Source: Glaucostegus cemiculus
Lineage: Eukaryota
Direction of reading: 5' to 3'
Length of the DNA stretch: 64,000 bases
Assembly: GCA_976551045.1 (NCBI GenBank)
Contig: CDPCPM010000050.1
Coordinates: 10,850,001 to 10,914,000, forward strand
Shown here: one piece after another, positions 22,811-37,183 of the stretch
Layout: every line of letters begins with the position of its first letter
How positions within the stretch are numbered: the stretch's first letter is position 1
Program-made: the position numbers and the translations under genes
Notes under the pieces: model-generated
Database searches by the model: none
Told to the model about the DNA's origin: nothing
What the model saw: only the letters and a program-made list of their open reading frames with translations

Positions 22811-25800
22811 AAAGGTGCAGGACTTAAGAAAGTGTGTCACTCATGTATGATTTACCTGGGTTGGGAATGTCAAATCCCATCCAGTTTGAAGTGAGGTTTG
22901 TGGGACAGCTAGGGAAGGGGTCAGAGGATCGAAGGAGTGAGCTAGGTCAGGGTTGGGGGTGAAATGTGGATCCTGGCTGTAAATAGGATTGGGAGATATT
23001 TTCTACATGGGAGAGTGAGTTGATAAGTAATTTAGGCTGGTCTGTTTAATGAAGTGCAAAAGTGCTTTAAATTAAGCAGACAGAAGGACTGATATGTAAA
23101 ATATCCAAATTTTTTTTTAGAAAGCTTTGTCTTGGAATTACTGCAGGAAAAAAAACACCAAAAAGTCCTTTTGAGCTTTTCCTTCAGTTTTAACACAGTT
23201 CCATTTTGCTTTCTTTCAACGTAACTGATGCAAGTTGCATTCCAGCAGCATAAGTCATCCTGCCCATGAGCCTACTGCGTTTTAGGTTTACAATGCCAGA
23301 TTTACAAGGCTGCACCATCTTTTCAAAGTTCTCAGGTTTACTTGGTTGGCATTAATGCATATATTGGGATATTTACCCCCCGGATTCAATTGGTTTAATG
23401 TCTGGCACCTGGAGTCATACATCCTTGAAAAGATTACAGCAAAATCTTTTCATGCAGGGATTTATATCTGAGGTGCAGTTTTTGCTGTGTCTAAGATCAA
23501 CCTTTCCATAAGATCAGAATATCCCTTCGTCAACTTCCTTAAAGTACCCATAAACATTTAACACCTACATTTTTGTCTCATCTCCTCATTCACTACACTT
23601 ATATTTTCTGCTCTTGATGTAATGTGCTTTGAACCTAGTCTGTTAATTTAATATACTCAATATACCCACGATGTTATGTTGCCGTCTTTGGTGCAAAGGT
23701 CAGACTGTAAAGGTGCTGATGGGGTTGGTCTTAGTGAAGATCATGCCATCTTGAAGCACGTGCCACATTCTCTGACCTTCCCAGCAGTGAAATAAATGGC
23801 ACCACTATGAATCCACCCACTTAATAAACTTTTCCAAAAAAAATGTTGCAATGCCAGGGTGATCTCATGATTTTACAAACAAAAATCTGACTGCTTTATT
23901 ATCTCTTCCAGTTCTAAAAATTCTCCAGTGTTTTGAATGAACAAGCATGCTGCACATATGCATTTTAGTTTGCTTCTAAAGTCAGGTTACGGAGAACTAT
24001 GCCTACACTCTCTTAGACAGCTGCAAAACACAACTTCTGTGTACATCTGTTCTGATATACTGAGTGTCGAACACTGGCTACTGCAGGATACTGAGAACGA
24101 ATATGCAGCTGAAGAGAGAAAACAGCTACACTAATTATCCATACTTTGGATTTAGTACTGATTTAATATTAACATTCAGTTTTCCTGAATTCTTTAGCTT
24201 TTGTTAGCTGGGTGCTTGAGTCCTTGGTAATATACAAAGGCACTTTAGCACATAACTCCATTGGCAAATTCTTACCCGCTGGAGGGGGTGGTTTGACCCT
24301 GCTTGTGCTTTACATGCACTTCTGTATAACGTTCTAAGCATAACATGCATAGCTATGCCATAGCATCCTGCAAAGGCACACATTCCACACTCGACAGGAT
24401 GAAGCTGTACTGAGTGCTATCAGGTCAAACTATTTGAAATAATGATCCCACAATTACAAAACAGTAAGGGAAACATATTAGGTAACATCCTTTCCTATGT
24501 GACCTGTAAAATGATGGCTGTGCCTCTTTAATATTCTGGGTTGATTAGTGGGCAAGATATTGGTTTAACCCTTTTTCTGGTATAATTCCACATTTAGGCG
24601 ACAAGGAACTGTGCACAAAATTACTGTCAAATAAGGTGATTCTGATCAATATTCACAGTTTTATAATGCTTTAAACTTTGTATTTTCCTAAGAGTACCAA
24701 GATCTGTCTGGGTTAACACAAAATTCACACTGGTAAATTGCAGATTTAATGTTTCATGATTCATTATACCATTAAGGTATTTGACAATTACTGGAGATTT
24801 GTTGTTATTATACATTTACCTACTCAAAGACAATTGCTAATACTAATATAGTAAGCCTCCATCTGGAGTCTAGTGACAAAGCATAGTAAAAGGTACAGTG
24901 CCATCTATCACTCAATAAATCCCAGATTTATGCCGTTGAAAATGAATGCAGAAAAGTTTGTGGTTAGAACAATGGGCAAAACTGAGTGAGAAGTGGCCCA
25001 ATGCATCTTCCTGTCTTTGATAAAGATCTGCACTTCCAATGGGATTAGTAACATTTAATTTAAAAATTCTAATCTGGATTGCTCAGCACCAATGGGATAA
25101 ATTGTATTGCCATTCCATTAGCGCTTCTAGTTAACAGATTAAGGCTCAGTGAAGGTGTGTTTTGTTTGTCAGAATTCATGTTGCTGAAAAAAACACTTAT
25201 GTGATTTCAGAGGGGAACCTCTTAACATCAAGTGAATCACATAAAATGAATTCAGCACATTGGAAACAAAATCTCCAAGAGATTTTCAGATCAGAGAGAC
25301 AATAATTAAAATGTACTCTTAGCTTTTAAAGTACTGGTCCCAGCCATTGGTGTAATCCACATGGTCAGCTTCTTAATTTTAATATGTAATTTCAGTTTGA
25401 GGACAAACATAAGATCAGGCTTTAATACAAAAGAAGCAATAAAGAAAATCTTGGAAAATAAAGTGTGAATAAAGTTTAAAAATTCATTTCCACTGTTATA
25501 CTACATGTTAAGCACAATTATAAATTTCTTAACAAATGATGAAATCAAAGTAAATGTACATATTAAAATAAGTATGTGATTGAAAACAGATCTCGCAAAA
25601 TACAACTGAATTCCAAACAATGATTTTCAAGAATCAGTTGTACACATAGATCTTTAATTTTTAATGTGATTTGGTTGATGGATCACACAAAACTCACTTA
25701 TTTCTGTGTTAATTGCTACTATCTTTGTATAATGGTATTAATACCAAAACATGTTGAGAGTCTGGTCAATGTGATGTTGTGCAGGTACTATTTCAGATAG

Positions 25801-26739
25801 CCATTAAGTTCAGTCTATTCCTCTAACAAAAGGAAATGTCTTATCCATGATTTAATGATCAAGGGAGAAATGTTAAATACCATCTTTATTTTAAGTTTAC
25901 CAACATGAATGTAAAAGCCCTTGGAAACATACATTTGATATTTGTGGAATGTTTTAATCTTTACTTGCTGCTAACCAAAATTTTTAATCAACAATTTCAT
26001 GAACTAAATCTGTACTTATCCCAGTTGATAAGTTTTCATGCAAAATTTCTGCAGTTTTAATAATTGCTTACTTAAGTAGTGCCAGGGACAAAATTATGCT
26101 TTAGAAGTATTTCATTTTTAGGAAATGTCATAATAGCATCAAGAAACAGGCACATAATTCCAACACAACCTGCCAAATTATTACATATTAATTAATAACA
26201 TAAGTACTAAACTGCACTGTTTAGTACGTATCTATCAGACTGTCAGAGGTGAAATGGTAACTCTCTCCAAATTTTTTTCTGCCCAGGTCACATATTTTAG
26301 TCAAGTTTTTAATCAAGGTATAGACATGAGGCCCTCACATGGGGGCTTTCTTTTAAAAAACAAATGCTGTTGCTGTCTCATGTCTTCTCGCCAGAAGAGC
26401 CATCTGTAGTGATGATGGCCGACTTTCCAGAGAAATATCTGTGGCTTTGGCAGTGTCTTTGATCTTTCTATTCACCCCTTGCCAGCTACATGACAGTTGA
26501 ACTACAAGGATACACTGTAATCCCTATGAAGTGTTTTCACTTTCTCCCCATGCTAACAATCCCAGAATATATGATCCATTAAGGTATCAATATTTTCCTT
26601 TCAATTTTTAACAGTTCTGAAGTTCAAACCGGATCCTAATAGATCAGTGTACTAATGGTAGGTCAGCCAACAGGCAGTTTTAATATATTGGTCATGCACT
26701 AAATGACTGATGTATGAGGTAATAATTATATACAACTGT

Positions 26740-26935
26740 GGAATAAAACGGCCATTCAGGCCAACTAGTCTTTGTTGGCATTTAATCTCCATACAAGCTT
26801 GAGCCCATTATCTAATCCTATTAGGATATACTTCCAATCTTTACTCTCTCATGTACTTATTTAGTTTCATCTTGAATTGTTGTAATATTCACCTCAACTA
26901 CTTCTAGTGTTAACAAGTTTCATATTTTTGCCTTG
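26740..26935 (-). mobile_element. CR1 3' end fragment
   Basis: ggccattcaggcc..atgtacttatttagtttc..tcaactacttc..aagtttcatattt pattern. Confidence 0.5.
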
Positions 26936-27269
26936 GTTAATTGTACTGTTAACTTTGATCAATTGCAATTAATGCAGTGAACCTCAAATAGATATTGTTG
27001 AATGGCATGAAGCTTCATGCCTGGTTCAGTATGGAGAAGATGACTCAAGGGGAACAGGTGAGGGTTAACGAATTGTAGAAAAATTATTCAGTATGAGATT
27101 TAACCTCATTTTATGCTTATAAAATACAAGCACTTGGCACTATGTAGCACTTGGCAGCATTTCAGAACAGAATACCTTGCAATGTAGACTCACAAAAAAT
27201 GTAAGAGAATGGCCTGCTTAGAGCGCCATGGCTACATGAAATGATTTTGACTATACTTGTGGTCACTAT

Positions 27270-27420
27270 TAACAAAGTATAACTCCCAATGTGCTTCACA
27301 GGGGCATAACCAGCTATAAATTGACACTGAACCGGGAAAGTAGGCATTAGGGCATATTACCATAAGCTTAGTCATAGAAGTAGACTTTAAGGAGCAGCTT
27401 AAAATAAAGAGTACATCAAA
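27270..27420 (-). mobile_element. L2 LINE 3' end
   Basis: cccaatgtgcttcacagg..ttgacactga..attagggca..ccataagcttagtcatagaagtagactttaaggag (minus strand LLKVYFYD-AYG, L2 terminus-like). Confidence 0.6.
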
Positions 27421-27599
27421 GATCAATTGTGAGATAAATAAACCAACTGGTGATAACAGGATTCTGAACAGGAGAAGAGCCACTTGTGTTTATTTTGTCA
27501 GTTAAACACTAATCCCAAATCATGTATAGTGTTAATGTGTTCATAATTGAAACTAACATTTTAAAAGATATTGGGAAAAGTTGTCAGATTCCTTGGTGT

Positions 27600-27900
27600 T
27601 TCTGTTAGCAACCTCATGCATTGGCCATCAGAGAACAGAGGGCTGATCCTGATCTCTCTTGAACAAGGTAATCTCAGCTCTAACTTCAACTCAGTTGTAA
27701 CAACTTTTCCTCAATATTTAGCTGAAAATATTGACTTTGTTTCTCCTTACTGGTTCTGACTTAATAGTCCTGCTCATCTGGATGTTAGGGTTGGCTCTGG
27801 TGAACTTTATAGAAGGATGGCCACCCACTGTATTGGAGAACTGTTAGAGCTAAACCCCTAGTATGAATCAGTGCTTTCTGGAAGGCAAAGGAATAAAGAG
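27600..27900 (+). mobile_element. Old SINE-like repeat
   Basis: Weak resemblance to a chondrichthyan SINE (gatcctgatctc..atctcagc..; ccctagtatgaatcagtgctttc tail). Confidence 0.3.
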
Positions 27901-28159
27901 GAACTTAGGTTGTTTCCAGTGAGTTTATTCAAGTATGCACATCAACATTATGGGGTCTATAGTGTGCATGTAGAATATTTGAACTGTTTTCCTTTCTGAA
28001 AGCAGCTTTCCGTGACTAGCATTAGCTACAATAATTAATACTTACCTATGTAAAGTAGAACATAAACTATGAAAATGTGACACACTTGAAATTACCTAAA
28101 AGTTGCTTCTGAGCAGCCAGACTCTGTCTTGAATAAGCAGTAAATGTCTCCACATTCCT

Positions 28160-28470
28160 AAACTCACCTGCTTCTACCTCAGCTCATGCTGACTCAGCTA
28201 TTCCAAAATTCTCCTGCTTGGTCTCCCTTTCATAGGCTGCTGTCCATCAAAGTTTGTTGCCTTAAGCTTCCCTACTCTGTCCTGCTAGTCAACCAGCCTG
28301 GGCTCATTGGCCTATGTGCTTCATGTATAAAGTTCTCATCCTTTAAGTACTTAATAGTGAGCAGCTTGGGTTTTTAATGACAACCTGACCATTTGTTGAT
28401 CACTTTTATTCATACAAGTTTTTTTTATTTCCAGATATTCAAACTGAATTCACATTCTCAAGCATGGAAT
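28160..28470. mobile_element. L2 RT C-terminal fragment (+) abutting a minus-strand SINE fragment of the 8145 family
   Basis: ctcacctgcttc..tattccaaaattctcctgcttggtctccc..ctcattggcctatg (HWLP-like); gggtttttaatgacaacc..tttatttccagat..aactgaattcacattc. Confidence 0.5.
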
Positions 28471-30136
28471 GCAGTTTAGTTTATGTCTTAATTTAGCAAT
28501 GATCAGAGAAAACTTGTACTTAACTGGCTTGAAACTAGACAAAGTGAATAATGTAGGGACAATAGAAGTCAGAAACATGCACAATAAATGCTGTCAATTG
28601 ATATACATCATCTGTGATGTACATGTTATTTTATAATTCCTCCAGTTTGGACCATGAACATTGAGAAAAATATTGTCTCACTGCAACGCTCCTTTCCGGT
28701 ATTGGCTTTCCAATTGAAAGCACAGTAAATCTTCAGTAATTCAGCATCTTTGGGACTTTGGTAGTACCAGAGCTGCAGTTTTTCTGGACTACTGGATGTT
28801 ACTCCTATTAATACATAAATACACACTTATTTCACTTTTATACACATTACACAATTCTCTAATAACTTTTCCAGTGAATCCTGTAAGTTTGAAGTGAGCA
28901 GAAAATATACAAGTACTCCAGATCCTGGCTCCAACTGAAAACGTACCCACGTTCCTGACTCCTGGTGTTTTAGACCCCAACCATACTTCCACACACCCTG
29001 TCCATAGTCAGAACCCTGGCTCTTTCCAGACATCTGGTTCTTTCTGCACACCCCCACCTTGCCCTCTCAACCCCAGCTCACATTCTGAAATAATGAGTAA
29101 GCCAGATGCTGAACCATCAGTATTTTTGAACAATTGGTTGTGGATTATTGGAGTTTTACTGTTCTTTATCATTGGTCAGCACACTGAAGTGTAAAATTGA
29201 GCTATTGTGTTTACCTTCAATATAAATGAAGCCAGCATGAGTGGGTAGATTCTAAAAACTAAAGGATGGTAGTCTTTGTATAAAAGAGCTCCAAGATGTT
29301 AATAATATTTCAGCATTCATCTTGCAAATAGCTTTGATTTTAGCAGTTGTGCACAATACAAAACCCACACTTCTGGACAATTATTAGGGAGCAAAAGAGT
29401 GTTTTATTTTGAAATGCTTATGTTATTTCAACATATTTTGTGCTCCCATTAAATGATCAGAGCTTTCAAGTGGATCATCCCATGCTAATGTATCTCAAAT
29501 GTGAATGTCTATGCCAGAATGAATTTAACCACCACAGCACATCTTAATACCATGTCTACTTGGTCTGCCAGCATTTTTAAGCTGTATGTTGTATTTACCA
29601 GATTGATTACTAGGAAAGTTAACTCAAATACCAAGGCATGCCAGACCATCCTGTGCATCACCTCACCACCATCTCCTACCCCCAGCTCTCCAGCTAGGCT
29701 GTGACTGGGTGCAGTGTGTCTGTGTTAAAGTTGCTTGTTACTTGCTAGGCTTTCTTTCTTCTGTTTGCATGGAGTGAGCATTCAGATTATTTGAACTGCA
29801 GACCACAACAGTGTTTCTCTCTCTACAGGACTGTTGGTACTTCCATGGTTTAGAAGGTTGGTGCTCTTACTCTTCATGCACATTTTAAGTGATAATCACG
29901 AAGTAGTATCTGAAATAAAATATACATAGCACTTAAAAACCACTCAGACTGTCATTTTCTAATGAAGTATTAAAACAGACATGCATGTGCATTTAAATAT
30001 GTACAGAGATTCTGTCCAACAGAAGAATTCATTGTCATTTTTATAATCACCGTCAAAACTGCAAGCAGTCCTATCTTGATTCCCAATTAGGTACATATGA
30101 CTCAGAGCTAATGACTCAACACTTCAGAGGTCTCAA

Positions 30137-30692
30137 AAATACAAGAATATAATAAATAAGCAGGATTATGTCACTCAATATCATGTGACTGCCCTGCCAT
30201 TCAATAAAATCATGGCTGATATTTTATCTCAGTATCACCCTCCTTTACTAACTCCATTTCATTTGATTCTCTTAATATTTAAGAAATTGAGTTCTGCCTT
30301 CAATATAATTAATGTCTCCACACCGCTCTTAGGCAGAGAATTCCAAAGATTCACTGTCGTCAGGGTGAAAGAATTTCTTCTCATCTCCATCCTGAACGGC
30401 CAGTCTCTTATTTTAAGACTGTGGCCCCTCATGATCTCCGCATTGATGCTATCAGCCCTGGAAGAATTATATATTTCGCTAAGATCATCTCTTACTTTTC
30501 TGAAGTCAAGAGGGTATGGCCCACTCCCCTTAAGCTCTCCTCATATGGCATTCCAGGAATCAATCCGATGAAGCTTCATTGCACTCCCTCAGTAGCAAAT
30601 ATGTCCTTTCATAGGTAGGGAGACCAGATCTGTGAACAATATTCCTGATATGGTTTTACATATTCAAATCCTCTCATAATAAAGATCAACAA
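30137..30692 (-). mobile_element. CR1 LINE 3' portion
   Basis: ccattcaataaaatcatggctgat tail; ggcagagaattccaaagattcac..aatttcttctcatctc..ttttaagactgtggcccct (RGHSLKIR..EMRRNSF..VNLWNSLP). Confidence 0.88.
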
Positions 30693-33600
30693 TTTTTTTT
30701 TTACTCATTGCAAATTCCTAATAATAACATTGTTCACAATCCTACACAAGACAGGGATAAACTATTTATTCAAAATTTCAAAAGTCTTCATAACTTCTAC
30801 TTATATGGTTCAGAACCAATTTTTTTTGGTATAGGTTCGATGTGGAGGGCATCATAACATACAACTAGACAATCTCTTACATTTATTTATATTGCCTTTC
30901 TTCTATCCTAGCAGCATCATGGATCAATTTGAAAATATATTTGTTAATTTCATTAAGCATTCCAGCAATATAACTTCAATTCATGCATTTCTCTCCAGCG
31001 TGTTTTATTTTTCTGATCTTCTTGTTTCCTTTCCCATTTACTAGCAGTTTTTACTTTCCTTTCAGTTTCTGCACACGTCACCTTTCCATTAATAATGAAA
31101 TTCCTCCAGGCACAGGGCCATTTGCATTCTTTAATGCTTGGGATAAACTTAAAATATGTGCGCTATGGCTGGGATAATAAGAATGTTTTCAAGGGATATT
31201 AAAATATGACAGACTTTTGTTTCCTTGACTATTTGATTTTAAATTTTCATGGAAGCAGCAAGAGATGGTTTTGACAATGCATTTGTTTACAGCTATAGAT
31301 CTTGATAATCAGGTTTGTACACGACAAATAAAATCGTAAATTTGACCTGTGTAAGTGAAATCAACATGCTGGTTGAGCAAGAGTGAAATGGGAAGTAGAA
31401 GGCAAGTCAAGCGGGATATTAAATTAAGCAATTTTCATCAGATAGCACATCTTCTGGTTCATGTATAACATCTAACAAATCATTGAGCTCATAAATCATA
31501 ATGATTGAAACTGCATTTCCAATCTATTCTGCTACGTAAATATGCAGTGCAACTTAAGAAAGACTGTCTGCACAGTATTTCCTTTGGATTACTTCTTCTC
31601 AATGCTGATAACGTTTTCTCTCTGTGCAGTGTTTATCTGAAGAATTCCTTATACATCAAATCAAATGTCGGCAGTGGGCCTTGGTAGGAGACATCACTTC
31701 AGCTATTCTTTCCATAGCCGAAACAATAAGGTCTGAGCAGTTCTGTTGCAGCAGGGATTGGAAGACTGTATGAACTTTGCCACTATCTGCTGTATTCCAT
31801 TGTATTCTGTGAGCTGGCTGCAAAGCTCAGCTTGTGGATGCTGAAGCAGATTATTTTTCTGTCAGCATTTATCAGACCCATTGTACAACAATAACATTTT
31901 GGTGAGCAATAGGACAATATTTTTCATTTGTCATGTAAAGCAAAATAGGATTCTTGAAAACTTCTCACAATTGTACTAAAATTGTGATCTTTTACTGATC
32001 TTTCACTTGTTGCCTTTAAACTGAACACATTCTGATTGCACAATTGTGGATCTATATATGCTGATAACCCAAGCTACTTTGGAATTAAATAGTATATTGC
32101 AATATACTATTATATCTGAGACTGTCCAGATTGCAGACACGATAGAAGGAAAGAACAGGTCAATGGCTGGGGAATAGTTCAAGGTGGAGTCGAGGAAAGA
32201 AAGTAAATATGAACAATGTTAAGTCTTGCTTTGAAAAACAAAACTTTGCAAGATCATTGTATGAGCAGAGACAGATCTGATAATATGCCATAAACTGAGT
32301 GAGCTTTCAAGCTAAGGTTTTGAGTGAGCTCAACTGAATGTTTGTGTGGACTTAATTTACCATTAGATCACCTTTGACCTCCTCTATTGCACCATGCAAA
32401 GCATTTTCAAAGAACAAAGAGGCAGATGTGAAACACAAGAAAAAATGAAATCCTCATGTAAATGTCCTGATTTACAGTTACAAAAAGGGAATTCATGGCC
32501 AGAAACTTTTACGAAATATGACAAAGCTACACACATTACAATTCTACCTTTACAATATTGTGAACAGATTGGTGTTGGCTAGGAATCAAGATTACACAAT
32601 AGATTGATCCAGTAAAAAAAGAGAAACTAATTTTTAAAGAAGCGCAAGTTATTTGAGATCAGAAGCCTTAATGTAAAAGTTACATCAGGAGAAAATGTGT
32701 CACCTATCAAGGTGGAAACAATAAATTATTGAAATATTACATTACCGTCTAAAGTAGTATTTTGTTACGAAGTATGCAACATTTTATATTCCAAACTTCG
32801 ACAACTTACAATTGTGATGTAACCCACAATACAATGGTGGCTTCTGTTAAAGAATGCAAGAAAGTAATACAGTAAGGCCTTTAATTTTATCAAGCCCACT
32901 CATTCAAATGTCTATGCAACTTCTCTTGTAATTGATTGATTAGCAATTACCTGCTTTTAGATTCTGCAAAGGCAACCAGTTAAATTTATCCCTCTCCATA
33001 ATCCAAACCCACCCAGAGTCCTCAGCAGATAGCAACACTTCACTGTCAGCTCTCACCATCCTTCATCATACCCCACCTTCAGCTCCAACGCCACTACCAT
33101 TGTGTCCAATGGAGCATTGAATTATTTAGTTTTCAAAATAGGAGAGATGAAGTCTCTGGGCTCCAGTCAGCTTCAAAATAAAATGAATGTACTCTCTTGT
33201 TCTGCACATCTGATGTGTGCACATAAACAGTCCTAAGATCAACAAATAAATGCTCAACATTCTAAAGAATCATGATTTGTTTGACAAGCTCAAAGAATTT
33301 CTCATTTTGATGGATGATCCACTCCACTTTCAAAAAATTTGAACAATCTATTTTATTACTGGAATAGATAAATACATAGCTGGAAAGTGCTGCAAGTTGA
33401 ATTCAGAGATGTCTTGTAATGCAAGGTCAAGCATATTTTCACAAATGTCAAAGTCTCTTACACTGAGATTGTTTCTTTTATTTTAGGAAGGGAAGGTCCT
33501 TTCCTGCACTTGCTTTTAATTAGAGGTTTGTTCATGATCTAGAAATATAACTACAACTATAAATGAGCAATTTGTTAGCATGTAACATCCCATCACAAGT

Positions 33601-36600
33601 ATTGTGAATTATCATATGATAACTTGGATTTAACTAGCACCATTCTGCCCAATGCAATGGCAAAAGAAATTGAGCAAATACTCCAAAGTATCAAATCAGC
33701 ATATCCAACTGTCTGCACTACTAATGCTTTCCAAAGAGTTTGATTTAAGATTCACATTTGTGTTCATAGTTCATTAAATTTTTAACATACTCATACAAAG
33801 TTTGGACAGTGATTATGTATAAATAAATGTGATAATGCTTTTGGAACATCAACATTAAACAGTATATCCCCTTAAATATTGCCTGGAATGATCTGTGTGC
33901 TGTGTCAAGAATAAGTTCTGCAAGCGTCTCTCTGCAAGTTTCACTGCAGAGCATAATCCTGCCAATTTCAAATTAAGGGGCCCTTCATTTTGGTGCAGTG
34001 TGGAACCTATGTAAAAAAATAACGGCAACATTTCACTAATACATGAAAATATCCTTTAGCACATGAACTGTTAATTCCTACAGATGTTTATTTTTCTTAG
34101 CCAGTCTTCAGTTACTACATTTACTCTCTGGGAAAGAGAACATTACATGCAGTTGACTCAGAAGAAAGATGTGATCTTAGATTTAAATACTTGGGATATT
34201 CCCTGTGTAAATCTCAGGAAGGCTGTGATTCCCATACAAGCATGCAAGAACAAGGAAGTCACAAAATTCCTGACAGATGTTTGCCAGGGTCTTACCAATC
34301 AAAATTCCCAAAAACACTTGGTTAGACTTGGCATAAAAGCAGTGACTCCATTCATTTCAAGGGACCCAAATATTAGTTTGTTTACATTTTTAAAAAGTAA
34401 TTGAGCTTATGTAAGTAGCCTGACCAAAAGGGAACGGATTTGCTTCTGAAAGAGGATCTGGACAACGTAAGTGTGGACTTAATGAGTAGAGGAGGGACGA
34501 GCACAGGTGACTCATTACCTCCAGGAAATTAGGCACCAGTTAATAGTTCTAAAATGGACCACATTGGGTAAGGAAGATGAATATAATGTTAATACCCCAA
34601 AGGAAGAATTTTGCATTTTGTTCAACCTAATTATATATCTCATTTAAAAGAAGTTTTTTGATGTATTACACTCAGCATATGAAGGAAACTTTCCTGCAGT
34701 TAGTACTCAAAATAGAAATCCCTCTCCTTTCAAGGGATTAACTAGAAACACAAGCAAGCACACTTACATTATTGGATGTATTTTGGCTATTTGACTAGCA
34801 AGGAACATGGGTACCATACTGAGAGTGCTTTGAGAAAAGACACAAGGGGTAGATTTTCAATTTTCCACCTAGAAGTACAACAGGCATTACTAATCCTCTA
34901 GGAAAAGAACAAAATGAAGGTCAAGCGGCAGCTGATCTGCAATAGCAGTGCAGTGATTCTCCAATGACTGGTAAAGTCCAGCATGTATTAATTTGTTCGA
35001 GTAGTAAAGTTGGCTTCTGTCAATATTAAATTCCCAAGAACTAAAAGTGCTTCATTGAAACAGGATTTAAACATTCAAGAGAAAGATGAATAACTGAACA
35101 AGATGTATGCTGCACCACTAAGTTGGCAGTAATCATGCACCATGAGTGCTGAATACACAGACACCAATGAACCACAGAATACTTATTTTTGTAATATTGC
35201 TGAGTTAATACATTCTGGAACACCTTGTCTTAATGATTAGAATCATGGCAATGGTTGGTACAGAAATTGGCAAGAATTTTGCTCCTCCTACATTTCTATG
35301 ATGCTGTAGACCAATTCAGATATAAACCAGCCTAAACTGCTGTTAATGAATGAAGCAAATAAACTGAATTAAATCTGCTTGTCGTTTTCACTTTGATTTG
35401 ATGCGACTTCCACTAAGAATGTATGTGAAAATGCTGAACACAATATCTCTGTTTTGTCTATTAAGGATAATTCTAGTCATTAGTTTTAGCACTAACCTGA
35501 CCACAATCAAGATCAATTTTGGATGGATATGATGAATATCTCAATCAAACAAATGGTTCAAATCCAATTCTATAATTGGCATAACATTGTAGAAGTACAT
35601 GTTATTTCTGAGTGTTTGGTGACAGGATTTGAATGAATCAGCTTAGCATCAAAGCTTTTCAGTTACAAGCAATGATTAAATGGAGAAGTTTCTTAGTTGG
35701 GCTACAATTTTGCAATGTAAAAGTCTATGTAACAATTTTATTGGCATTTGATTCTCCTCAGGAGCTATTGTGTGTGACTTGACATCAACCAACTGTATTA
35801 ACCTTGGTCTGAGAAATTTCTCTAAGGAAATGCTTGAACTAGATTTCCCTTGGAATTCTCTTACTTTCTGATCTTCAGCTGTAGTTCCAGCAGTTAATAA
35901 AAATTAAATATTGCTCTTACATTTGGCAAAAAATTCACCCCTTTCTGAAAAGAGTTTCCCTCTGCCTCTGGAGATCTTTCTTTGCCAGTCATTGGCACAA
36001 CACTAAGCACCAGAACAAGGGATATCTTGTACCTGTGATTTCTCACAGTAGATAGGTACCATTTTCATCATCAGAAGTTTATCTATGAAGTGTAATTTCC
36101 ACTGTTAAGCCACATGTCCATGTGTGCTTCCATCATGAGAAAAAAAAGTCAATCCAATTGTTATAAATCTATTTGAAAATTGAGAAATTGTGGCCCAGAA
36201 ATTCTTTTAGTAGCACTCTATTTATATTTGCTAAGAAAGTGAGTTTCTATGAAAGAGATTTTGTGAAAGAAAATTGTGTTTTTCTTGCAGGTTGTTCATG
36301 CATTTGAAGCCTAACATAGCTGACTGGATATGAACAGTCGAGTGTAATATCTCCTGGATGATACATCCTTGTTTATTATTTGGGGAGGCATGGTAACAGA
36401 GGGGATAGCCATTCATGCAGGAAAGAAGCTTCATGACACATGAAGCTTGAGTTATCAGAAGATAAATGGAAGCTGAACCCAGGAAACCACCTTCAGATAC
36501 TTCTTTATCTTATAACCTCAATGCTTCTTCCCTTAGATGGCAACTGACCACCCTGCCTCACCCACACGCTGCAACTGCCCCAGGGAGCCTAAACTCATTA

Positions 36601-36899
36601 GTGGAATGCATGGAAGATGGTTCTTTAATCATATGAAAGGTGCAAGGCCATTCTTACTGCACTTAAGGCTTGGAGTTTGGAATTGATTGGAGTGAACCAG
36701 GAAGTCATGGAGAAAACAGCTCTTCCAAAATGCTGGAAGGTGTGACATGGAGAAGATGATTTACTGGTGGCATCACGCTGAAGATAACAAAAATAGCAAG
36801 ATACAACCCTTAAAAACATCAAAGATAGATGAGATGGAAGGTGAAGTCACAGAACTTTATTATGGTTCTGTGAAGAAGGGGATGGGGTGACAACAGTAA

Positions 36900-37183
36900 G
36901 TGAGAGACTCAAAGAGTCTGTCACCTATTTTGGAGGGGAATCCGCAATTCAGGAACAATGAAGACATACTGGAAGCCCTGGTCATGAAGTCATACAGCAC
37001 GGAAACAGGGTCTTTGGCCTACTGAATCCGTGCTGACCATGCTGCATCCACTTTCATTAATCCCATCTTTATTCTTCCTACAAGTCCTTACGAACGTACA
37101 AACTCCTTACAGACAGCAGCGGGAATTGAACCTGGGTCACTGGCACTGTAATAGCATTATGCTAACTGCTACACTACCATGTG
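36900..37183 (-). mobile_element. Penelope-like fragment followed by an internally deleted V-SINE (36990-37183)
   Basis: catacagcacggaaacagg CR1-type tail; gaacgtacaaactccttacagacagc..gaattgaacctgggtcactggcactgtaatagcattatgctaactgctacactacc tRNA head. Confidence 0.75.
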
